Source: Selaginella moellendorffii (lineage: Eukaryota; Plantae; Lycopodiophyta). From it: 64,000 nt of DNA. This document shows, one piece after another, positions 25,016 through 35,540 of the stretch. Each line of letters opens with the position of its first letter. Position 1 is the stretch's first letter. The notes beneath the pieces were generated by a model that was not told where the DNA came from, searched no databases, and was given only the letters and a program-made list of their open reading frames with translations. The position numbers and the translations under genes are program-made. The stretch lies in NCBI RefSeq assembly GCF_000143415.4, contig NW_003314268.1, positions 3,294,559 through 3,358,558 on the forward strand. The letters run 5' to 3'.

Positions 25016-26848
25016 CTACTTTGCTTGGCATTGGAAGCATTTGGGAAAGGGACCAAAGCTACGGATGTTCTCGAGAAGAGTGGAGATCGCGGACCATCCT
25101 CCAAGTCCCACACCCGCGATCAAAACCCATAACACAACAGCGAGATTGAGGCAGTAAATTCCGACCCAGCTCGGCATAAAAAATGGAGGCTGCTCGATCG
25201 CGTCCTACAAAACCAAACCTTTCGAGTCATATCGATCGAGCACAAGAACACCCACACACACACACAGAAAAAATGATAAAGATAGAGCATTACCTTCCTC
25301 GCGGTGAATGTTTTGTGGAGGACCATATGAGCCAAGCACGGGATAATGTAGACGCTGAAGCTCGTGAAGATCGATCCAACAATGGAGTCGATGAGCCCCG
25401 TGAAGGGTGTCATGATCGCGAAGAACCAGACGAGCAGTACCACTGGAATCCGGGACACCGCCTTGAGCCAGTAGTTTTTGGACCTGTGGATTCCCAGCAG
25501 CTTCTCCCACTTCATAAAAATGGGGAGCGCCATGAAGCCGAACTGCATGAACTGGAGGTTTGTGCGAGCTTAGAGATCCATACCAAAGTTTTGGAAAATT
25601 TTACCTGGTGGAAGAGCATCAAAACGTTTGCTGCAACGTGAAACTTGGAGCGTGGAAGAACCGCGAGTGCGTAAGTGTTGTGGAGCATCGTGTCTCCAAA
25701 GGCCCAGTACATTGCGATGGCCGATGGCAGCGTGAGAGTTAGGATGTAGAGAATGCAGTAGAAGTAGACCACCTTAAAGTTCTTTGGCTCTCGCATCGCG
25801 TCGGCTATCTCACTGCTCGATATCGATATTAATCAGTGTTTTGAGAGACTAAAAAATGATAAAGCGTCTGCTACTACTTACATGGTAATCGCGTGTCCCC
25901 CGAATGCGTAGAGCATGTTGGTCGCTCCAACAAAGTACTGTACTGTGCTGGGTGGAGCCGTGTGCTTGACATCGGGTTCCTGTTTAGAAGCTTACCGTGA
26001 TTGTTCTCAAAGTTAGCAAAGAGAACACATAAGCGAAAGGGCCGAGTGACTCACTGGACCGAGGAGTATGCTAGCGATTGTCAAGTACCAAGCAGTGTAG
26101 GTGGTCGCCACAATCCCGATGGAGGACCAAATTCTGTAGTGCTGCGCCCGTGGTATCAAAACCATTGTTAAAAAGCAGCCTGTGAGGACAAGCGTCCAAG
26201 TTCTTTTGTTGAGATGATGGTTGAGTGAATGTGTGAGACTGTTCATAAGACAAAATCGTATTTTTTTGTCAGAAAAAAAGAAGAAAATGGAGTTAATTTA
26301 CCTTGAACATCCTACAAGGAAGATAACGCAGGTGAGAAACTGATCACCGGTGTTGAAGACTAAGCCCGCTATTTTCCACCGCCATCCCAAGAGTCCGTCC
26401 ATCACCTCGTACCACTGTAAGGAATCAAGGAAGAGGATGAGCACTAGAAAACAAAAGAATGGCGCAAGGCGAAAACCTCAACGAAGCATTGCCTGGATGC
26501 TCCGATATTCGTGGCAATCCATGGGGTTTTTTTGCTTCGCTCGTCGCTCCTTGTAAATTATGTAGAGACTGGTTGTCATGTAACACGACCAGCAGCCCAT
26601 GGCAGCATAAAGTAGCTGGTATAAAATCCCCGAGACGAGTCCCAATTGCGCGAAAGAGTAGGGGAATGTGAGAAGAACCTGGGAAATCTGCAAGGAACCA
26701 CAAACGAACAAATTTAGTACCAGAGATTCGCCACAGAAACAAGACACAGTACCTGGAACGAAGAGGCATTGAGCCAAGCATCGAAGGTAGAAGTGCCGTC
26801 CAAGAACAAGTAGTAGAGCCATGCTGTCCTAGAGTTTGAGTTTGCCAT
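25016..26848 (-). CDS. AUX1/LAX-family auxin-influx-like permease, divergent
   Basis: QVLLTFPYSFAQLG, IQWYEVMDGLLG, YRIWS, GATNMLYAFGGHAIT, YWAFGD, WEKLLG, VYIIPCLAHM, C-terminal KCFQC; one GC-AG intron. Confidence 0.9.
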
Positions 26849-27022
26849 GACTCCACGCCCTCCACGACAACAATGCTTATAAGGATCTGTAGACGATTTC
26901 CAGTTTATGAGTCTGACTTCATTGAAAAATCAATTCCAATCTTCGTGGCAGTCCCAAACAACAGTAGCAGAAGAAAGAGTCAAGTTTTCCTTGCCTAATT
27001 CATTCTGTCTGCAGGAAGAGAT

Positions 27023-28504
27023 TTAACTTAATGCCAGCAGTTCTATTCCGTCCAAAGAAGTTGTAGGTGGAAACAACTGTAACAAGATAAACAAGGGATT
27101 CGTCAGAATTTCCGCGAACGAGTAACCGAGAACATTCATGAAAATATATACCCTCTGGGAGTCTATAGCCGACAGGGTCTTCCCGTAAGTTCGCTCGTCA
27201 AAGAGAATGCGAAAGATCTGCAAGAGTTATTTTTGCCTTCAAACGCCGAATCATCGATAGCTACAGGGACTTACAAGTGATGCGACATCGGTCCTGGATA
27301 TGAGCCCCACCACGCTTGAATTCTCTGTCAAGATTCCATTTCCCGATGGCGCCTGTTGTGAATAGCGTGTAAGGAACAGTTTGACGGAAAAACTCTCCTC
27401 ACATCGTTGTTCAAGCCTCCAGGGCGAATGATGGTGTAGTCCAAGCCACTGGATTTCAGAGCTTCCTCGGCAACGGTTTTTGCTTTTAGGACTTCACCCA
27501 ACGTTGCTAAAGTCTGAAATGCAGAAAAGTGTAAAAGAAATCAGCTTCTTCAGTTTCGTTGACAGGAAAAATTCCTACCTTTGCATCGATGGCTTTTTCA
27601 CTATCTCCAGCTCCAATGCTGGATACCTGGAATGGAAACAAGATGTTTTGTGCCATTGCTACGCATAAAACTTCCCTACCATGATAAACCGCTTAACATT
27701 TGCTTTCTTTGCAGCATTGATCACATTAATTGTGCCATCCTATCAGATTTACCGTATCACAGAAACATGCTTAGAATTCGTAGAGTTATATACCTGGTCC
27801 ACCTTCACGTTTTGAGTTCCTCCACCTACAAGAGTTGTGAAATAAAAGAGTCAAAGCCTGAGAATGTTTGCTTCTTTTTTTACCAACAGTGCAGACAACC
27901 GCATCAAACGAGTTTGATCTGAAGGCCTTCTCCACTGTCAATGGTTCAAGAACATCGCCAATAGCCAACATTGATCCCAGCCCCTCCACTTCTTTGCGGA
28001 ACTTTTCACTTCTTTGGAAGACGGTCACCCATGAACCGGCTTTGGCAAGATCTCTCGTAACGGCCATTCCAACACCACCCCCGCCGACAACCAGGACTGC
28101 CAGAATTGAAAACGTCAGTAACATCCTTCTCAAGATTGTCACAAACAAACCAGTAGCATTGTCAATGGTAGGCTTTTCTGCTACTTGAGCTCTAACTCGC
28201 ACACAGGGTGTCCTTCGTTTGGCAATCACATTCTTCTGTCCACTTGCACAACTTCGTCTTGCAAGTGAAAACCTTCGGCTTTCTACAGCTGCATTGCCTT
28301 GTTGATGAGAGGAAAAAAAATAAAAATAAAATCTACAAAGAATACATACCAGTGACCCGAGCAGAAACCAAATTGCGCCTCTCCAAACAGGCGTTTGCAC
28401 CTGCGTTGCAAGGGAGAGCACTGGAGCAAATGACGCAAGATATAAAACCAAAGAGAACCTTTGTTCACAATACAGGGCAGCGAAGGCGATGAGGTACACG
28501 CCAT
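27023..28504 (-). CDS. Atypical SDR / NAD(P)H-binding Rossmann protein, probably plastid-targeted
   Basis: VLVVGGGGVG, FDAVVCTVGG, GTINVINAAKKANVKRFIMVSSIGAGDS, SGLDYTIIRPGGL, ISRTDVA. Start inferred from spliced N-terminal exons MACTSSPSLP. Confidence 0.88.
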
Positions 28505-28650
28505 AGCTGCATATGAACCCTAAGCACCAAGTGAAATTACCGAGATTAGATTCATGAGTCCTCTTCGCACGCATACAGTGTTGGAAAAACTTTTTTTTTG
28601 TTTTGTTGCTGCAGGAAGAAACGACCAACGTTAGTGTAGAACGCCAACCA

Positions 28651-29680
28651 TCAAGTTTTTGGATCCTCTTCAAGCTTCTGAGTTATAGCTGTTGGGCCTA
28701 TCAATCCATATCCACCTTCCTTGCGCTTGTACAAAACATTTATCTCGACTGAAACACATGGTAAGAAGAAAGGAGGATTAAAAAATGGCGGTAACTTACG
28801 AGTTTTAACATTCCGGAATGCGTAGAAATCATGCCCAATGTTCTTCATTTCCTCTAGTGCATCCTCCGGCCGCATAGGAAGCATGTCAAAAAACTTCTCT
28901 CTAATAATCTGTGAAGTTCCTCATAAGAAAAAAAACCAACATGTTCTTTGCTTACCTCCGTTTCTACTGCCAGGTCTTCGGCCTCTGCGACAACATCTTC
29001 AATCTCCTCGTCGTTGGTTGGAAAAGGAGGAATCGGTGCTTTGTCTAGGGATTGAATTCGACCTCTGGAACGGAGGCGTCCATGAAGTCCTAGTTTATCT
29101 TTGAGCTTGAGAAGTTTCTTCCCAAGAAGCCGTGATGCATTATCAACGCAAGCGTGCATGTTTCCACCATCTTCTTCCGCACGAAGAACTCCATGCTTCT
29201 TCGTGAACAATGTAGCCTAATAACAAAAGCAAAGCCTTCACGAAGGCCTTGAAAGAAAAAAAAAAGAAGGAAGAACTCAAACCTCACAGCGATAGAGTCT
29301 TGGACCACTCTCGGCTTCTCCACGCATTGACAAGCGAACATCCACTTCTCTCACCATATGGCTCCTCTCGATTATCGCGTCGGCCATTTTGTCCTCCACA
29401 TAGCTCTTGATATCATCAGGAATCTAGAGAGGGCAAAGGATCACTATCGATCGATCCATCTCAATCTTGGAGGACCTACCGTAATATGTCGCCCCTGGAG
29501 GAGGAGAGGAATCGAGGCAAGCTCCGTGCTCCAGGCCTCGGTCGACATTCTTGCCCCAGGATTCCACCGCGACTGGAGCTTGATTCGTTGCAAAGCGGCG
29601 GCTGCGACAGCAATTCTCGGAAGAGCGCCGCATCCGTGTCGCACCATCCCGATCATCGCTGCGCTGTGGAGAAGAATCAT
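28651..29680 (-). CDS. PSRP1: Plastid-specific ribosomal protein 1 / long ribosome hibernation promoting factor
   Basis: VREVDVRLSMRG, RCEATLFTKKHGVLRAEE, C-terminal GHDFYAFRN and EINVLYKRKEGGYGLI. Confidence 0.9.
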
Positions 29681-29794
29681 CGCCTAGGGTTCTAGCCAAG
29701 TGGCATTCCTCTGCCCTTCTAGGGTTTACATTTCCAAGGCATTTCTAGGGTTCATGCGCGCGAGCGAGGTAATCGATCAGCTCGCCGAGTAAGA
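29681..29794. promoter_or_regulatory. Putative bidirectional promoter with three CTAGGGTT (telo-box-like) motifs
   Basis: 114 bp between divergent ATGs; motif seen three times. Confidence 0.55.
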
Positions 29795-31234
29795 ATGCTG
29801 CGCGCGACATGGAATTGGATCGTAGGACTGGTTTGCGTGGTTTTGGTTGCGGTCATCTGGATCGCAGCTAGCTTCGTGGTGCAATCGGTCGTAGATAGCG
29901 GGATTTCGCCCTTTCTCATCGCCTACATTTGCAACAGCTTGTTTATGGTTTACATACCGATCGTGGAATTGGTGTGGTGGATCAAGCGACGCTACGCGGC
30001 GCGCAAGACGAGAGAGGCGGCCTCTAAGAACCATGTTCTTACAAACGCTGAGAAGGCCAAGCTTTTGGAAACTGGTGCTGGATCCGACATTGAAATTGGT
30101 GGATCTTTGGCAGACGCAAGGAACATGCAAGCTTCCAGTGCCGAGATCAGTGAAGTTGACCCGGAGGTTGTGGCAGACGCAAGGAACAAGCAAGCTTCCA
30201 GTGAACTTGACTCGGAGGTTGTGTCTGACGAAGACGAGAGCTCCAGTTCCACAGCGAGGAGATTATTGTCGAGAAGGGAAACCGCGAAGATCAGTGCTCT
30301 CATCTGTCCGGTGTGGTTCTTCGCGCAGTTTACGTTCAATCTTTCCTTGAAGTACACGACAGTCACTGTAAGTTACACTTTCTTTGCTCTTAAAACCTCA
30401 AGTTTTGATTTTTCTTCTTTTGATCGCAGTCGAACACCGTTCTAAGCAGTACTTCGACTTTGTTCACGTTTATAGCGTCCGTGATGTTTCTCAACGAGAC
30501 TTTCACGGTGTTGAAAATCGTGAGCGTCGTTCTTTGCATGGCTGGTAGCGCCGTTGTTGCTTTTGGAGACTCCGAGAGCCTGCAAAAAGACTCAGCGCCT
30601 CATCCAGTGGTGGGAGATATGGTCTGCCTTTTGTCCGCGATGCTATACGCCTGCTATACGAGCTTGATACGTAAGAAGTTCCCGGACGAGAACTCCTCCG
30701 CGGAAGAAGTTAGCACGGCTCTCTTCCTGGGGTATCTTGGTTTGTTTAACGCTCTCATCTTTTGTCCGGTCGTGGTGCTTCTACACTTCACAGGATTGGA
30801 GCCGATTCACAGGCTCACGGCCACACAATGGGAACTCATCGTCGGCAAAGGTCGAGTTTCTAGTGTGCTTTTTTCTTCTCTGACGCGTGTTTTTGTCTCC
30901 AGGGATGCTGGACAACGTCCTGAGCGACTACTTATGGGCCGAAGCAGTGCTTCTCACGTCCACAACAGTGGCAACGGCTGGACTCACACTCCAAGTGCCA
31001 ATAGCAGCGGTGGTCGATTCTCTTCGTGGACATGCTCCAGGAACTGTCAACGTTGTTGGCGCTGTGGCTGTGCTGGCGGGATTCTTTGGCATCAACCAGC
31101 CGGAGAATTGCTGCTCCACTCAAAGAAAAGCTGCGCCAGGAGAAGAAGCTCGTTTCTCTAGCGAGCAACACTTGGATGATCCTGTTGCTGCCACCAGCAA
31201 GGATGGAGTACTCCTGGACCCTGGTAGTACTTGA
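29795..31234 (+). CDS. EamA/SLC35F-type drug-metabolite transporter
   Basis: VAVIWIAASFVVQSVVD, YICNSLF, WFFAQFTFNLSLKYTTVTSNTVLSS, DNVLSDYLWA, TTVATAGLTLQVP; two introns. Confidence 0.92.
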
Positions 31235-31759
31235 AAAAAGGTACACGAGGCTCTTTCTTTAAAGTTTTCTTTGGCGCTGCCGCTCGCGCAGAGTGAGTTA
31301 CTTATCGACACTAAACGAGGGGCATGACGTAAGAGCTTGGCATCCTAAAGCTTTTCTTCTAATAAACTACAATGCAGTGATCCTCGTAATCGGAAAGATC
31401 AAGATCATGGAAACGAAGAAAGGATCGAGCTACTGGTAGGGGTGTGGACTTTATATCTCCCAAGGCATTGACTTTTCAGCTCGTCGAATGAAAAGCATCG
31501 ATCGACTGAAAAGAAAAATCGACAAGTATGTGACTATCAATCACAGGCAGGCGTGAAGCGTATATACGGTCACATCCGAGTGTTTATACAACCACTATTT
31601 CCACTACTTCCTTCCATCCAATCCAATCCATCAAAAATGCCAATCCAACGAAAGGAACTTTTGCTTTACCCTAGGGCTAGCAACGAATAAACGAAGGAAG
31701 GAAAGCATGCATGGGGGCCACTCTCAATCAAGCATTTATACGCCATCGTTACCGTACTT

Positions 31760-31778
31760 GTCGTCGTCGTCGTCGTCG
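31760..31778. repeat. (GTC)6 microsatellite
   Basis: Directly visible. Confidence 0.8.
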
Positions 31779-32533
31779 CGCGCCAGCAGTTTAACGGCCG
31801 TCACTCTTTTGACTAAATGTAACGTTCGTACGCGATATCTTTTGTACGGAAATGTGCCAAGCGCCGGCCGGCAACGCAATTAAAACACGTCCGGCGCCTT
31901 TAAAGATTTGGAGGCGGGGTTTGCCCGTTAGATGGGTCCATCGTGCGGCTGGGATGACGCCCGATGCGGTACGCAAACACGTGGCATGGATTTTTTCCGT
32001 TACCTTCTTTTAGGCGCAAGGGTAAATAGGGTAAATATGTTCAAAAAATTAAAAAGGTGGAATTTTTTTTCTATTTTTTTGAGCAAAAGAAGGCCTTTGC
32101 GAAGCAGGGGATGAAGACAAAGAGATATCGGCAATCTTTGTTTTCAAGTAGCGTCTCCCATAATTCATCGCTCCGATTCTTCCTCGTCTTCCATCGCACA
32201 GAGAAGATTTCCTCCTTTGGCCGGCCATTCCACCAAGTCGCGCCTCGCGAGCCTCGCGCGATCGATCAATCTGTGTGTCTTGCCATTGCATTGCGATCGA
32301 TCGACTGATTCATCATTTCGGTCACGCCATCGCACCGAGAGCGCTCGACAGCGGCGAGGGATTTCGCTACCACTCGCTTCGATCATCGCTGTCGCCAGAA
32401 GACCTAATCATTCTCCCATGCGCAGCATCGCTTCTTAGATTTCTCCTCTTGTTCGTTCTTGCGATTGCTAGGTGGGTGGAGCTCCTGCCAGTTTTCTTCT
32501 CTTTCTTGGATGGGGGCGAAATAGCTTCTGTCA

Positions 32534-34946
32534 ATGGATAGCAGTGAGGATTTGCTCGACGGCCTGAGCTCCAGCACTAGCTACGACGCCAGAATTTGCC
32601 GCGACGATCCGGAGGAGCTCCTGGAAGATTTCGCCAGCACTAGCAGCAGCGATGCGTCGCCGCTGGGATGGCCGCTTTGCAGGCGGGAGCGCTCCTATTC
32701 CGAGGTCTCGTGTTCTTCCACCACGAAATCTGTGAGCACTAGCAGCCTGAATAGCAAGAGCGTGAGCAGCTTCGCGTGGGAGGAGAAAAGGGTCAAGCGT
32801 GAAACCAATGTCTCTGGTACGTTGGTACTTTTTTATCGTTCGTTTGTTAAGAATCCAATGCAACCACCATGTTTGCTTGCTTGCTTGTGCTGAGTGTTTC
32901 TCCAGTGAGAGTAGTGTTTCGCCACAAAGATTGGGAGAAGCCAATCGGATGAATGGGAGTCACAAAGTTTTTGGATGAATGAGAGTCTTGTGTTTCTCCA
33001 CAAAGTTTTTGGATGAATGAGAGCCTAGTGCTTCTCAAGGTTTTGGATGAGAGTGATGTTCTTTTCTATTCTCTTCGATCGACATGACATATTTTTTGTT
33101 CTTTCAGAAGTAGAGATGATGAAGGAGAAGTTTGCGAAGCTTCTTCTTGGAGAAGACATGTCCGGAGGCGCCAAAGGCGTTTGCACAGCGCTCGCGATTT
33201 CCAACGCCATCACAAATCTTGCTGGTAGAGTACTTGATTTGAGCTCTCTCTTTGTTTTCGTACTCTGGCTTGGCTATACTTGGTAGAGCTGACGAGCTAC
33301 CTTTTTTTTTGGTTGGCTTGTTTTTTTTTTTTTCTTCTTCACGATACAGCGTCCGTGTTTGGAGAGCTTTGGAGGTTGGAGCCTTTGTCTCACGAAAGAA
33401 AAACAATGTGGCGACGGGAAATGGAGTGGCTTCTCTCCGTAAGCGACTACATTGTGGAGCTGGTCCCTTCCTGGCAGAGCTTCAGAGATGGAAGCAATCT
33501 GGAGGTCATAGCCAGATCTCTTTTTTCTCCTCTTTTTTCCTTGACACATGTGCTTTGCAGGTTATGGTGACCAGGCCTCGCTCAGACATCCACATCAATC
33601 TGCCCGCATTGCGAAAGCTGGACACAATGCTGCTGGTAAGTCAGCGCCAGAATTTTGGAGTTTAGAATGGTTTGTTTTCTTCTTTCTTAGCCAGTCTTGT
33701 TTTTGTTGCATGTAGGAGTCCCTCGATAGCTACAAAGAGACAGACTTCTGGTATGTGGAACAAGGAATCATTCTCTCCGAGAAAGACGACAGCAACAAGA
33801 ACAACAACATGCAGCACTCGCTGCAAAGGCAGGAAGAGAAATGGTGGCTTCCAACGCCTCGGGTGCCTCCCAATGGACTCTCGGACGAAGCCAGGAAGAG
33901 CCTCCAGAACCAACGAGACTGCACGAGTCAGATCCTCAAGGCAGCCGTGGCGATCAACGGGCAAGTCCTTTCGGAGATGGAGGTCCCGGATTTGTTCTGG
34001 GAATCGCTCCCAAAGGTACACACTTAAGTTGCATCCAGCTTTGTCACGGTTTCATTCTGAAAAGATGGCTGGTCTCGTGTAGAATGGCAAGTCCTGCCTT
34101 GGAGAGGTGATGTACCGAGGACTGACAGCCGAAAAGTTCTCTCCGGACGCACTCCTCCAACACTTGAATCTCTCGACCGAGCACAACGCACTCGAGGCGG
34201 CCAACCGAGTGGAGGCCGCCATCCACATCTGGCAGCGGAAGATCCATCAACAGAAGCACCAGCAAATACAGCAGCAGCAGCAGCACCACCAGCAGAAAGA
34301 CATGATCAAGCAAAATGCAAAGTCTTCGTGGGGAAAGGTGAAGGACTTCGTCGCCGAGATTGACAGGCAAACGCTCGTCGAGAGAGCGGAGAGCTTGCTT
34401 CTCAGCTTTAAGCAGCGGTTTCCAGGACTTCCCCAGAGCGTGCTTGACGTGAACAAGATCCAATACAACCGGGTAAAGATCTTTCAAAGCTTCGTTCGAG
34501 TTTCTCACGAGAGCTTTCTTTCGTTCTAGGACGTTGGTCACTCCATTCTGGAGAGCTACTCGCGGGTGTTGGAGAGCTTGGCATTTAACATCCTCGCTCG
34601 GATCGACGACGTCTTGTTCATCGACGACGCTGCCAGACAAGGCCGAATCAACTCCCCGGCAGTAACAGCAGCAGCTCACTCGAATCTAAACAGCAGCATC
34701 ATCCGGCGAGGAAGAGCCTCGGGACACTTCCAGATACGAACTCCATACGCGACTCCATTCGCCTCGCCGAATTGCTCGCCACCTCCAGCGCCGGTGGGCT
34801 CGCCAAAGAAGACGAACTCTCCCACGCCACTCGGCAAGGCCGCTGCGGGGCGGTACGGCGGCGTACGGGCGGTCGACGATCTCGTCGCCCAGAAGCGGTC
34901 GTACGCACGGAACATGAAGCTCGTAAGCCCGCCTGGAAGGGACTGA
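32534..34946 (+). CDS. ROPGEF: Rop guanine nucleotide exchange factor (PRONE domain)
   Basis: [104 protein letters not shown]; polyQ at about 34247-34295. Confidence 0.95.
32890..33060. repeat. Degenerate ~38-bp tandem repeat in RopGEF intron 1
   Basis: cacaaagtttttggatgaatgagag recurs at about 32960 and 32999, with further partial copies. Confidence 0.7.
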
Positions 34947-35540
34947 GAAAGAGAAGCTCCCATGGTTGAAGTTTACCCCCGTGTAAGTAAAAACACGATC
35001 ACCTGGAAAGTTCTTCCCTGAATGCGAGCACTTCCCATTTAATTTTTCGATCGCTTTGATCGAATCGATATTGAAGTTGGTGATCGATCGAGACTTCCAT
35101 GCGCAAAAAATTTACTGCACGAGTGCTACATTTTCTCTCCATGGTTTTTAATGGATGTATAGCTCAAGGAAAATCCACAAAGATCTCGCATTGGAAAGTC
35201 CGTATACAGGTTTATCTAACGGCTAGGAACAGTATCAATTCGATTGCTTCCGTTGGATAAAGGCGCATCTGGGGCCGTCAAGAGACGGGCAATGACAGGC
35301 GCGTTTTTCTCTTTCCTCGCGGGATCGCGGATAGTGGTGCCCGACTGAAGCTCATTTCTAGGGTTCCAGCTCCGGGCGACGTCAGGTACGCGCTTCCAGA
35401 TCGTCGGTCTAAGATTACATGTGTGCGGCAGTAGGGAGGATGCGTCCCGAGTAGTTCTTCGCGAGATCGAGCTCAGCTCTGTCAGTTCTAGGGTTCTAGC
35501 GTGGTTCTAGAGATTATAGCTCGTAGCAGCAACAGCGAGG

